Shown: positions 1 to 13,011 of the stretch, one piece after another
How positions within the stretch are numbered: position 1 is the first letter of the stretch
Layout of the letters: every line of letters begins with the position of its first letter
Origin: Amoebophrya sp. A120
Lineage: Eukaryota; Protista; Dinoflagellata
Direction of reading: 5' to 3'
NCBI GenBank assembly: GCA_905178155.1
Contig: CAJINV010000008.1
Coordinates: 2,857,303-2,921,302 of the forward strand
DNA: 64,000 nucleotides
Program-made: the position numbers and the translations under genes
The notes under the pieces: model-generated
Databases searched by the model: none
The model's input: only the letters and a program-made list of their open reading frames with translations
What the model was told of the DNA's origin: nothing

Positions 1-291
1 GACGGCACCGACACGAATAACATGAAGGACACGGCGATCGTTATCCTCGCGGTGTGCGTCGGTGTAGCCCTCTTTGGGATCCTGTTCGGCAGCGTGGCCG
101 TGTTGAACCTGGTGAAGCTCACACGGCAGCACGGCAACGGGCTCAGCGGTGCGTCCGGCAAATCCAGCGAAGAATCGTCTACGAATCTAGCTACTGCAAA
201 GCCCCTGGACTGTGTGGGCGAGACGGTAAACCCGGACGCAGTTCTTGTGTCTATTTCGCGCGGGGAGCAGGCAAGCAAACCCATCAAGTAA
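1..291 (+). CDS. 3' end of tandem-array type I membrane protein (variant A tail)
   Basis: Matches 6958-7248: TM segment AIVILAVCVGVALFGILFGSVAVL, tail ...SRGEQASKPIK*; truncated by window start. Confidence 0.8.
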   Translation, partial: DGTDTNNMKDTAIVILAVCVGVALFGILFGSVAVLNLVKLTRQHGNGLSGASGKSSEESSTNLATAKPLDCVGETVNPDAVLVSISRGEQASKPIK

Positions 292-1733
292 GCCGGTCCA
301 ATGATGTGAAAAGGAAACGCTTCTGTATAAGTATTTCGCTGTTTGACTGTAGACTGATGCATAGCACTGAATTGCAAAACGGTTTCACGTGTTAACGTCG
401 TTGCAATTTTCACTACTCAACGTTGTTCATTGATCGACTTGTCTCTTCCTCGTATCTGAACGCGAAATACAAATACGCCAGAAAAGCAGGTCGCGAGAGT
501 AGCATCATCCGGCGAGGATTCCGTATACCACAGATCAGTTTTGTCCATATCAAACGTTTGTAATCATGTACACGCTGAGCCGCACCCTGTGCGAATTTTC
601 CTTCCGTTTCCAATGTCGTTGCAGTCTTCCCAGCGGCTTTTTTCGGAAACGCTATACCTGGCAGACCTGTCATACTTACTTGAACTTCTCGGAGCGACAT
701 ATTCTACTGTTCATAGCATTTCATTCGAGGAGGAGGACAGTGCCTGTTACATAAACATGAAAACAAAAACTTTGATTCGTATCGAAAATTTTTCAAAAAG
801 CATTTCATTGCGCGTAGCGCCATATGTCGCCTGATTCCCTCACTAATCACAAGGATTAAGTCCAGACTTCTATCTACTTTTTTTTTGCCGAAGTCTTGAG
901 GCTGTTTTCTTTTCTTTTCGTCGTTTATGTGACGGTGAGAACGGCACCCACGACCCCGCTATGCTTTTCCGTGCGTGCTCCTATCACGACAGTCGCACGA
1001 AACGACAGCCAATTTCTCATGCGCCAAAACTTTATCTTGTTTAGTATTTTTTTTTGCCGATGATGGTGCAACAAGCCAGTGCAACTCATTCTTCAAAGAA
1101 ACCATAACAAAAATGAAAATGAATTCAAAGGTTTTTCCTGTTTAAGGTAGACTGAATATCCATAATTTATTTGAATTTTTGAGTGTTCAAAACGACGACG
1201 AACTGAAGCTGTAGTAAAACGCAAAGATGATGTGATGCGACTACTTACATGCTAAGGTCCGGCAGTAGGAGGACGGGGTTTCTAGCATGAAAACATGTTC
1301 AACATGCAGAAATGCCTCAAATTTAATTAGAGACCTTTATGAATGTGATTGCTGGTGGCGACACTGCTAAAAAGTGCGCACGAGAGATGACGCCAATGAT
1401 TTACTGGGCCTTTCAAAGTAGTCAGCACGACCGTCAAAAGACATAAGAGAGCAAAGTCAGCTGCTGCAGGTCTGCTGCAGAGACGAAGCGTCAAAGCTGC
1501 ACAAGTTTTAAATTCAAGCTCAGGACTCCAGGGCCGGCGCAACAAGATTCCGGATGCGCTACGGTCCGTGTCGCAGACTGATATGGACGCATTTGTGCCA
1601 CTTCAATCTAAAGCGCTGCCTTAGGTCTTTTGGGTGCAGAAGGTGCGCGTGTGTCTTTGTGTCGTGCAGCAGCACTAAGTACTTGAAATATTCATACTTT
1701 GCCTTGAGTTTCGCGTCTGCCCGTGAAGACAGG

Positions 1734-3771
1734 ATGTGGTCGCGCTCGTTGCGGATGCTTCCGATCGCACTGCTGCTGCAGGGCACTTCGACGGCAGCCA
1801 CTGGCAGCTGCACCGCTAGCGAGACCATTCAGAGTGAAGTCGGCGGCTACGTGAACCAAGTCATGGCCGAGATGGTGCAGCGCGGGGCGATGTCCGTCGA
1901 TGCTGCGATATCTATGGCGGGGAAAGTGAAGAATGATACTCGTGACGGGTTGCTGACGACGCCGCAGACCGCGATGCCGTCGCCGCTTCCGTACAAAGAT
2001 GTGGCGTTTACCGCGGCCGACGTTTTGCAGGAACTAAATACCCACTACCAGCCGTCGGACTGGCGCTGTACAAAGCAGGCCAGTCTGTTCGCTTCTGGGG
2101 CGCGCCTGGTGGTTCCGCAGCTGGTCCTGGAGGATTACCTCGGCTCCCAGCTACTTCCTTCTGCGGATTTCAGCTATTTGCGTGAGCCGGAAATGTGGAC
2201 GCGCACCGTGGTGGCCGAGTGCATGATCCGGGAGGTTTTTTCGGCCGACACGATTGCCGAAGCGAAGCAAAACGCCCTGTACCTCAACTCCGAGCTGTTG
2301 ACAATGACGCGCGAGCAGTGGCTAGTGTGGGAAGCAGTGTCGGCCAGTACGCCCTTCGACGCGTCCGCTCTCACTGAAGATCTGTTTGAACACAAAATCC
2401 GCATGTATCAAGCCAAGTACGGACCGGCGTTCGAGCAAATGACTTACAAGAGCGCCATCATCACTGTGGCCTTTCGGCAAGCACATGCCCGCAGCATCGG
2501 GCTCGATACCAGTACGGACTCGGAGATGCTGTACCAAAACGTGAAGTGGGCGAGTGACGTGATGGCAACCTACGGTGGAAATGCGCCCGCGCACCTGCGC
2601 AACATCCAAGTCGGCAGATTGGTGGAGACGCTTTCGCGTGCGTCGGCTTTCACCGCCTCCGCGGACCGGCGCAGTGTATCCCTGTACAATCAAGCAAACG
2701 GAATTTCATCCTTGAAGGGGTACGAAACTTACTACGCGGCCTTGAATTCCTTCTTTATCGTCAAGTTCGCCGACTTTCTCTTCAAAACCGTGTTTGCAGC
2801 CTCCTGTCCCCACTACCAAGACTGGATCTCCACTAAATATCACTATGCATTGCAAATATCGGCTCTGGTCTGGAAACATGCAAGTTTGCGATGATCGTTC
2901 TGTGTGGCTGGACAGGAAAAATAAAAAAAGGCATGTTTTATGACAGGAGGTAAATTGGTTAGACCCATTTGTTTCTTGCCGCGCTGCAGCAGAGAGGGGA
3001 TCATTTGTCATGCCGTGACTACAGATTCACTTTTTTTTTTATGCTTTATTGCCTTTGATTTTGATAGCCGAAAAAGACGAACAACGACGACAAGGCATTG
3101 AATCTCCGATGTCATGCGGAGTAAAAATAATGAATTGCAGCGGTCTTGGAGGACGTGTGATGCTGTGCCATCATGCAATTGAGACTTCTTTGGGCATGCT
3201 GGAGTACTACAGGCAAGGCTAGCATGAATAGCGTCTGCATCGTTCCAGACCCGGAGATGTTATCCTTGCAATGCATACCTTCATTACAAACTTGATTGCG
3301 CCGCTGATCAAGAAAGGGTCTGGAGTGGAAAACTACATGTGGTTCCGTGCCATGGCGTTGGAGGCGCGCGATTTGTGGGGAGACTACACAGCCTGCGGAG
3401 ATAAACCGTCGAAGCCCCTCATCCCGAAAATCGAGCAGCTCATCAACCAGGGGCAGGTCGTTTCTGCCACAACTTCCGGAGCCGGATCATCGGGAAGTAG
3501 TGACGGCACCGACACGAATAACATGAAGGACACGGCGATCGTTATCCTCGCGGTGTGCGTCGGGGTAGCCCTCTGCGGGATCCTGTTCGGCAGCGTGGCC
3601 GTGCTGAACCTGGTGAAGCTGACACGGCAGCACGGCACCGGGCTCAGCGGTGCGTCCGGCAAATCCAGCGAAGAATCGTCTACGAATTTAGCTACTGCAA
3701 AGCCCCTGGACTGCGCGAGCCCCGACTGTGTTTTGGTGAAGTTGCCGGCCACTGGGGAGGCGAAACAATAG
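1734..3771 (+). CDS. Putative type I membrane/surface protein, ~532 aa, 2 exons (1734-2843, ~3283-3771), variant B tail
   Basis: ATG 1734 with signal-peptide-like MWSRSLRMLPIALLLQG; ORF 1554-2894 joins ORF 3271-3771 in frame after removing the TIR element; S/G/T-rich stalk then hydrophobic TM segment. Confidence 0.7.
2844..3277. mobile_element. TIR intron element, diverged family A relative
   Basis: TATGCATTGCAA...GGTCTGGAA / TTCCAGACC...TTGCAATGCATA; flanking 5-mers no longer match (atcac/ccttc) but element+5 nt removal is in frame. Confidence 0.75.
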
Positions 3772-5189
3772 TTGGACAAGATGGAGGAACAACACAGGCG
3801 AACGGGGCTGGCGTTCTCGAGTCAGCTCGTCGCGACGCGTGGTACTAATTTGTTCCTGGAACGCCTGATATGATTGTGCAATAGTAGCGCTTCTTGATCC
3901 TCTATTGCAGCTTTGTGATTTTTTTCTGCGCACTTCGTGCCGGCAGCCTATTCTCTTCTCTTAATCAGGTACTACGTTTGCAAAGGCAAGTGGATACCAG
4001 CCCGGCCTTCTTGACGAGGAGTGCGACAGTCACCACGTAGTCTCTGTCCGCTGCCGCTTTCGTTCTCAACAAGAAAGCTTTCGCATTTATATTTTTGTTT
4101 ATTCCTTCGTTTGTCCGTATGCCTACATGTAGATGTACATGCGATCTATGATAGGGGTAGCTCGTCTCAGCATAACTTTGCGTTTTTTCAAAATGGTTGA
4201 AAGTACAAACGTCGATAATAGGGTCCACGAAGCTTGGCCTTCTGTTGCATGTTCGGACTTTTTAGAAGGCTTGGAAATTTGTCATGTATAGTGTAGGCCG
4301 TCCTCCTACACTGTTATCGTTTATTCTTCAGGGTCAGATCAGTAGCTCTAGCTCCTGCTACACCTTTTATTTTTGCATGACTCTTCGCTGTAATTTCTCA
4401 TGGTCAGTTCGGTAGCATCAGCTACTCCTTCTAGTTTTACCCTCGTTTTTCTCCTCCAGGGACGCTGGGAACCTCGCCACTGATGAGTTCACCAGGGTTC
4501 TTTGAGCTATTATGGGTTTCGCTGTGCATTGTTATATTTTTCTGTGACACATCTGAGAAGGAGGAAACTTGACATGAATAGGGTTCGAGGTCGTTACTTT
4601 TTTTTTGCATCCTTGTCCCCGACGAAACATAAAAATGAACGCCAATCACACACCAAGACTCATATTATTTATAGAAAACTGCATTGCAGCTTGCCTAACG
4701 ACCGCGCAATTAGTGTCGGCGGATCAAAATAGATCGCCCCACTGCTTAGATTTGGGCCTATGCAAAAAATTGTTCTGCAGATTCTGACTCACTTGCCAGA
4801 ACAAAGCGCCACATATTTTTTATGCGCGCGAGAGAGGACGCCATGGGCTTACTGGCCCTTTCAAAGTAGCTAGTACCCTTAAAAGGTAAAGAGGGCAAAG
4901 TCTGTCAGCTGCTGTAGCTTTGTATCTGTTGCAGAGAGAAAACGTCAAAGCTGCATAAGTTTGACTCAAGCCCAGGACTTCTCCAGGACCGGCGCAACAA
5001 GATTCCGGATGCGCTACGGTCCGTGTCGCAGACTGATATGGACGCATTTGATGTGCCACTTCAATCTAAAGCTGCCTTAGGTCTTTTAGGTACAGAAGGT
5101 GCGCGTGTGTCTTTGTGTCGTGCATCAGCACTAAGTACTTGCAATACTAATACTTTGCCTTGAGGTTCGCGTCTGCCCGTGAAGACAGG

Positions 5190-7248
5190 ATGTGGTCGCG
5201 CTCGTTGCGGATGCTTCCGATCGCACTGCTGCTGCAGGGCACTTCGACGGCAGCCACTGGCAGCTGCACCGCTAGCGAGACCATTCAGAGTGAAGTCGGC
5301 GGCTACGTGAACCAAGTCATGGCCGAGATGGTGCAGCGCGGGGCGATGTCCGTCGATGCTGCGATATCTATGGCGGGGAAAGTGAAGAATGATACTCGTG
5401 ACGGGTTGCTGACGACGCCGCAGACCGCGATGCCGTCGCCGCTTCCGTACAAAGATGTGGCGTTTACCGCGGCCGACGTTTTGCAGGAACTAAATACCCA
5501 CTACCAGCCGTCGGACTGGCGCTGTACAAAGCAGGCCAGTCTGTTCGCTTCTGGGGCGCGCCTGGTGGTTCCGCAGCTGGTCCTGGAGGATTACCTCGGC
5601 TCCCAGCTACTTCCTTCTGCGGATTTCAGCTATTTGCGTGAGCCGGAAATGTGGACGCGCACCGTGGTGGCCGAGTGCATGATCCGGGAGGTTTTTTCGG
5701 CCGACACGATTGCCGAAGCGAAGCAAAACGCCCTGTACCTCAACTCCGAGCTGTTGACAATGACGCGCGAGCAGTGGCTAGTGTGGGAAGCAGTGTCGGC
5801 CAGTACGCCCTTCGACGCGTCCGCTCTCACTGAAGATCTGTTTGAACACAAAATCCGCATGTATCAAGCCAAGTACGGACCGGCGTTCGAGCAAATGACT
5901 TACAAGAGCGCCATCATCACTGTGGCCTTTCGGCAAGCACATGCCCGCAGCATCGGGCTCGATACCAGTACGGACTCGGAGATGCTGTACCAAAACGTGA
6001 AGTGGGCGAGTGACGTGATGGCAACCTACGGTGGAAATGCGCCCGCGCACCTGCGCAACATCCAAGTCGGCAGATTGGTGGAGACGCTTTCGCGTGCGTC
6101 GGCTTTCACCGCCTCCGCGGACCGGCGCAGTGTATCCCTGTACAATCAAGCAAACGGAATTTCATCCTTGAAGGGGTACGAAACTTACTACGCGGCCTTG
6201 AATTCCTTCTTTATCGTCAAGTTCGCCGACTTTCTCTTCAAAACCGTGTTTGCAGCCTCCTGTCCCCACTACCAAGACTGGATCTCCACTAAATATCACT
6301 ATGCATTGCAAATATCGGCTCTGGTCTGGAAACATGCAAGTTTGCGATGATCGTTCTGTGTGGCTGGACAGGAAAAATAAAAAAAGGCATGTTTTATGAC
6401 AGGAGGTAAATTGGTTAGACCCATTTGTTTCTTGCCGCGCTGCAGCAGAGAGGGGATCATTTGTCATGCCGTGACTACAGATTCACTTTTTTTTTTATGC
6501 TTTATTGCCTTTGATTTTGATAGCCGAAAAAGACGAACAACGACGACAAGGCATTGAATCTCCGATGTCATGCGGAGTAAAAATAATGAATTGCAGCGGT
6601 CTTGGAGGACGTGTGATGCTGTGCCATCATGCAATTGAGACTTCTTTGGGCATGCTGGAGTACTACAGGCAAGGCTAGCATGAATAGCGTCTGCATCGTT
6701 CCAGACCCGGAGATGTTATCCTTGCAATGCATACCTTCATTACAAACTTGATTGCGCCGCTGATCAAGAAAGGGTCTGGAGTGGAAAACTACATGTGGTT
6801 CCGTGCCATGGCGTTGGAGGCGCGCGATTTGTGGGGAGACTACACAGCCTGCGGAGATAAACCGTCGAAGCCCCTCATCCCGAAAATCGAGCAGCTCATC
6901 AACCAGGGGCAGGTCGTTTCTGCCACAACTTCCGGAGCCGGATCATCGGGAAGTAGTGACGGCACCGACACGAATAACATGAAGGACACGGCGATCGTTA
7001 TCCTCGCGGTGTGCGTCGGTGTAGCCCTCTTTGGGATCCTGTTCGGCAGCGTGGCCGTGTTGAACCTGGTGAAGCTCACACGGCAGCACGGCAACGGGCT
7101 CAGCGGTGCGTCCGGCAAATCCAGCGAAGAATCGTCTACGAATCTAGCTACTGCAAAGCCCCTGGACTGTGTGGGCGAGACGGTAAACCCGGACGCAGTT
7201 CTTGTGTCTATTTCGCGCGGGGAGCAGGCAAGCAAACCCATCAAGTAA
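5190..7248 (+). CDS. Second full copy of the membrane protein gene, ~539 aa, 2 exons (5190-6299, ~6739-7248), variant A tail
   Basis: Near-identical to 1734-3771 at offset 3456 bp, including the intron; C-terminal tail differs. Confidence 0.7.
6300..6733. mobile_element. TIR intron element, duplicate of 2844-3277
   Basis: Same sequence at offset 3456. Confidence 0.75.
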
Positions 7249-8707
7249 GCCGGTCCAATGATGTGAAAAGGAAACGTTTCTGTATAAGTATTTCGCTGTT
7301 TGACTGTAGACTGATGCATAGCACTGAATTGCAAACGGTTTCACGTGTTAACGTCGTTGCAATTTTCACTACTCAACGTTGTTCATTGATCGACTTGTCT
7401 CTTCCTCGTATCTGAACGCGAAATACAAATACGCCAGAAAAGCAGGTCGCGAGAGTAGCATCATCCGGCGAGGATTCCGTATACCACAGATCAGTTTTGT
7501 CCATATCAAACGTTTGTAATCATGTACACGCTGAGCCGCACCCTGTGCGAATTTTCCTTCCGTTTCCAATGTCGTTGCAGTCTTCCCAGCGGCTTTTTTC
7601 GGAAACGCTATACCTGGCAGACCTGTCATACTTACTTGAACTTCTCGGAGCGACATATTCTACTGTTCATAGCATTTCATTCGAGGAGGAGGACAGTGCC
7701 TGTTACATAAACATGAAAACAAAAACTTTGATTCGTATCGAAAATTTTTCAAAAAGCATTTCATTGCGCGTAGCGCCATATGTCGCCTGATTCCCTCACT
7801 AATCACAAGGATTCAGTCCAGACTTCTATCTACTTATACTTTTTTTTTGCCGAAGTCTTGAGGCTGTTTTCTTTCATTTTCGTCGTTTATGTGACGGTGA
7901 GAACGGCACCCACGACTTCGCTATGCTTTTCCGTGCGTGCTCCTATCACGACAGTCGCACGAAACGACAGCCAATTTCTCATGCGCCAAAACTTCATCTT
8001 GTTTAGTATTTTTTTTTGCCGAAGATGGTGCAACAAGCCAGTGCAACTCATTCTTCCAAGAAACCATAACAAAAATGAAAATGAATTCAAAGGTTTTTCC
8101 TGTTTAAGGTAGACTGAATATCCATGATTTATTTGAATTCTTGAGTGTTCAAAACGACGACGAACTGAAGCTGTAGTAGCACGCAAAGATGATGTGATGC
8201 GACTACTGACATGCTAAGGTCCGGCAGTAGGAGGACGGGGTGCGTCATTCGTGCCTTTTTGTGTCTTCGTTTGCTGTCTTTGTGTGCACCAATGACGAAG
8301 CAGTAGCTATTGGGAATTTACGTTCACAATGTTTCCAATAGCTCTTTGCGCGGCGTGTAGTCGAGCAGTGTCTTACTCAGTAATATGGTCTGTGGACCAG
8401 AGTAGAAGCGAGAAAATGGAGTGAAGCAGCAAAGGTCCGAAAAACCTGCCCGTTTTGTCGAAATCAAATTGCAACCCGACTTCCAAAGTGGAATCGAGAA
8501 GCACAGAAGCCTTGTCAGCACGTGAATATACTTTTGAAAAAAGGTGGTAGGAAGTAGAGAACTACGAGGGAAAGGAGCAAAAAAACTATAACCAGCCAGC
8601 ACTTTGTCCACAGCGTTTTTTTCTCCGCTTTTGTTGAAGTAATTCTAATTGCAGTTGTTACAGGAAACCGAAACACACAGTCGTGCTCTTGGGGAGAACA
8701 CTACATC

Positions 8708-11700
8708 ATGCCCGAGCTGAAGCGCGATTCCGCGGAGCAGGCGGCGGAGGAGCCGCCGCAGAAGCTCGACTCGCCCGAAAAAAAGGCGGAATCCAGTCCA
8801 GACGGGGACATGAGCCTCGGCGATTGCGGTTCGTCGGCCAGCAAGCCCGCAGCGTTGAAGAAGCGGGAGGAGGAACACTCCGGGTGTCCTCTTGCCGAGG
8901 TGGAACTACACGGACCAGCCGCAGGGGAAGTGGTAAATGGTGCGATCATCCAGGAGTCTGCAGGATCGTCGTCTAGCGCCGCAGCCGTGCCGGCGGTCGA
9001 CGAAGTAGAAGTACAACAACCCGTGGTGAACGAAGATGAGCTCGACCAGGCGAAGATCGGTGGTGCAGTCGACGAGGACGTGACTGGCGAAGCTGCAGGA
9101 GCCGCCAGCAGCAACGAGCCGCAGTTCGTCCCAAACGACCCGGTCGGGATTACCACCACGGCGCAAGAGCAGGAAACCGGTAACAACAGTACCGTCATGA
9201 CGCCGATGTTTGGTTCCGCGGCACCCGTGGGGCACACCCCGGGCGACACCGAAAGCTTCGTCGCGTACAAGGAAACCAGCAAGGCCTCCGAGGTCGTGCA
9301 GGCAGGGAAAGAGGAGAGCGAAAGAAAAGCAGAGGAAAGCTGTCCAAAGAACGAAGTGGAGATAGAAGATGACAGCGTGATGATGGGCGAAGCAGAGGGA
9401 GTATCAAATGTAAAAATGTCTGGGTCTGGAAGATTACGAGATTTGTCATGCATATTTCGGATCACGCAAATGGCGTCTGATGCAGGCAAAAGCATCACAG
9501 GTTTTGAGCACGCCTCATGATGCCTGTCCCGCATGAGAAACTTCCTACTTGCGGGCCAAGAAATGGCCAGCTTTTGGCGCTCATGCAACACAAGATTTTG
9601 CGTGTTCCAGAGTTTGCATCACAAGTTCCAACTCTTCCAGACCCAGACATTTTTGCATTTGATAGGGAGCAGCAGCCGCTGCGGGTGCCAGCGGTGTCGA
9701 AGAAGACGAAATGGCAGACCTCCACGTGATCCATGCGGTGGATGAAAGCGCTCCCGCTGAAGCGCCGGCGAGCGGAGCGGCAGAGCTCGAGGCGGAAGAG
9801 GCGTTGCCGTCGGGAGCGGAAGGGGAGACAAAGCAGGACGAGGTGGACGACAACAATGCCATGGAGGTGGAAGAAGAAGGCCTCTCGAAAGCGGCGGAGT
9901 CGGTTGCGGTACCGGCGGACGCAGTGGCAGCGGAGGTACTTAGTGATTTTTTCCTCCACAACCTGGGTCGAGACCCTGGATTTCGTTTGCTCCGCTACAT
10001 CTTTATTCCGCAGGAGAGGACATCAACACTAGACTATTGATTCCTTCTTGGTGTATGTTGTAGCAGAGCAGCTCACGACGGCAGGGCAGATAAGATATCG
10101 AAGTACAGATGTTCTTGTGTGTACAGTGCCAGTGCAGCTGGTCAGGTTTGTCAGATGAAGGCATCATGGTTGTGATTGGTGCAACTCTTATCTCACAAAC
10201 ACAGGTGGAAGCGGCTTTTTCGGAGGACATTTCCATCATCAAGGAGGAGGAGGACGAGTTGCCCGGACAGGAGTCCGAACCCGCGGTAGCGGAAATCGTG
10301 GCCCCCGCGAAGGAACCGGAAAAACTCGCCCCGGCGACCAGCAACAAGCCGGCTGGGCTCGCGAAGTCTTCCTCCTCGGCTGCGGGCTCCTCCAGGACAC
10401 CCCGACGCGCGGAAGGGCCGCCAGCCTCCTCGATGGCGACCGGTGCGGGGGTAAAACCGGTGCAGCTTCTCGGAGCTGCTACGAAAAAGCGACCGGCCGC
10501 TGCGGAGGTCGAGCCACGATCGGCCAAGCGCGTTAAGACGGCTCCGGGGGTAGATAGTGATAGATAGATACACAAAGCTTTTTGTTGGCACTTATGTTTT
10601 TGTTCATAGTACTAGAGACGTGGTATAGATTGGAGAACTGATGCTTTGACGTGGTATCGATTGAAAAATACGCATGCCTACACCAGACCGGCCTGACACC
10701 GGCGCGGCGGGCCGAGCGGCTCGCGGCCGAGCAGGCGCGCACCAGCAAGTTTCAGGAGCAACTGTCAACGAAGCAGGAAAAGGCGGAGGAAATGCAAAAG
10801 AAGAAGGAGGACGCGAAGGCGGCGCGGGAAAAAATCAAGGAGATCGCGGATCGCATCCACTCCAACCTGAGTACAAAGCTAGTCAAGAAGAAGGGAGAGT
10901 ATGTTGTCCCCGGAGGTACAGTTGTTGAAAAATAGTTCTACTTTTCGCAATACTTTCTGTGTTAAGTTGCAGCACAGTTGTACATAGGGGCGTTTGCTGT
11001 GTGGGCCGTTCCTGCGGGTGAAGAAGCGAGCGGTTTTCGTCCGCGGGTTGTTTCACAGTTCCGAAAAGGGGGCCAAGCTCGTCCATACCGTGGGGCTTGG
11101 GCCTTGCGTGCCTCGCAGGAAATTTTCGCGCGCGCAGCGTCCGGGCGCTTGCTCTGGTGTTCACCGGGCGAGGGAAGGAGTGAGTGGCATTTTGCCGTGG
11201 GCATTTCGATTGTTCCGAAAAGGCGGCCAGGCTCGTCCATACCGTGCGGTTTGGGCCTTGCGCCGACTTCCTGTTTGGGTTGTAGCCCACGTACATACAG
11301 CAAGAGGTCGCGCCCCACGCAAAGAAAATGTGGCGCCTCTTTAGTACCCCCTAATATAGTGGTTCTACTAGGACGGGTTGGAATTACAATTATTGGAAAC
11401 AGATTGCGCGCGTATTATATATGCTGTTTTGTTTCTATTTTGCAGGAAGCGTCCAGTTCCAGGCGGAGCTGAAGGTCCTGCAGACGATGTGCCCGCCCCC
11501 GCAGGCGGAGCAGCAGACGGGAATCACCTGGACCACCACCGTGGTGAACGAGGGGGCCAAGCCGCAAACCATCCGGACCATCACGCTGACCAAGCAGGCG
11601 TGCTGCCAAATTTTCGGTACCGGGAAGATGCGGGGCGGTTCGCAGAACGTGAAGGGGGAAGTGGTGAAGATGCAGCTGGTGCACAAGCAGAAATCGAACC

Positions 11701-11735
11701 TGTGCGTCACGTACGAAACCGGGGCGGTGCAGTAG
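8708..11735 (+). CDS. Hypothetical acidic low-complexity protein with C-terminal coiled-coil/basic region, 5 exons
   Basis: ORFs 8708, 9711, 10109, 10651 and 11421 join in frame via the TIR intron at 9402-9664 and GT-AG introns 9936-10204, 10550-10686, 10916-11445. Confidence 0.6.
9402..9664. mobile_element. TIR intron element, family A
   Basis: TATCAAATGTAAAAATGTCTGGGTCTGGAAGA ... TCTTCCAGACCCAGACATTTTTGCATTTGATA; TSD GGGAG (9397-9401, 9665-9669). Confidence 0.93.
11058..11262. repeat. Imperfect 51-bp direct repeat (period 154 bp) inside a GT-AG intron
   Basis: gttccgaaaagg.ggcca.gctcgtccataccgtg.gg.ttgggccttgcg at 11058-11108 and 11212-11262. Confidence 0.75.
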
Positions 11736-13011
11736 AAGACGAGGAGCTGGACGACGACCAGCGGCTACTTCGACAATTTTGATCCACCGCTCAGAACACG
11801 ACAGGAATTTGTCGTCCTTTTTGGGATGTGTCACGACGATTCATGTGACAGAAGCGATTCGACTGACTTTTTTGTAAATTTTTATCCAAATCCTCCACCA
11901 GCTCTTCTCAACTGGACAGCAAAACAAGTTAAAATATCACTTGCAAAAACTGATAGAATTTGAAACCAGCAGCTCGCTGCGTGAACCTCATCCGATAAGG
12001 AGCTGATGCTTGCGATATGGAGATTACGGCAGAGACAGACCCTGCCGAAGCAGCAGAGGTAAAGCTAATCTTTCGCCAGAAACTAAATTTTTAATTTTTT
12101 TCAGAACCTCAAGAAGATGAAAAATTCATACTAGAAAGACGGATCGTTGTGCAAGCAGTGATTAGACCTGTGGATGACTCCATCGCTAAAGGTGCCTTGC
12201 TTTTCTCATACATCAGACGTGCCCTTCGACGCACTGTAATTTTTTTGTATCGGCAGTCAGGTCGTGTTTTTTATTTTTTCACACTTGACTGAATTCCGAT
12301 GCTGCAACTGCGACCCTGTTATACAACCATACGAGCCGTCGGAGACGATTTCTCCCAAATAAAATCAATTTGAATGAACACTGCCAGAATGATCGTATTC
12401 TACCGCCATCGCTCGTGCGAGCGTCGGTGCGATTTGTAATCCTTCGGACAAACACGCATATGCTGTGTGCGATTTTTTTCGCTGGGTGAAGCAGCTCAAA
12501 TCAATAACTAACCACCCGCTGACTTATTTTTTCTTTTCGTTCTGGTAAGAGTTCGAGAAGGCTGAAAAAAATCTTCGTTTGAAGAAAGTGAAGGGCTCGA
12601 GTCGATGAAAAGCACCAACGGGCGCGGGGAACGACTTCCTCAGGTGTATGCGGAAATGAGACGACCAGGAGACGGTGGAGCAAGGTGCTCCATTTTTAAA
12701 CGCGATCTCTGCAAAGGAAAAGGAGTTTGTCTCGGATCAGAGCACGCAGATCAATGTTATTCTTGTTGGCGCGGTGACGACAATACCACAATCACGAGCT
12801 GTGTGATCCGCTTCTTGTGGCCTTTTTTTTTCGCCGGCGTCGACTTTTATTAAAAGACTCCTGAAAGACTGTAGGCGCTCAACAGAGATCGTAACCGGTG
12901 CGACACCAGAGTCAATGCATGTTTGAGTAGTGTTGTTTTATTTCTACCCCTGCTTAGTTTTCTGTAGCACGAGGACTTCTTGGTAGCTTGTCCACCGCTG
13001 TCCTGCGTGCC

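Larger units (their letters stand above)
1..8240. repeat. Tandem gene array with ~3.46-kb gene unit and ~6.96-kb higher-order (A-B) repeat
   Basis: 1-1279 recurs at 6958-8240; 1734-3700 recurs at 5190-7160; the spacer after the B copy is a different sequence. Confidence 0.9.
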
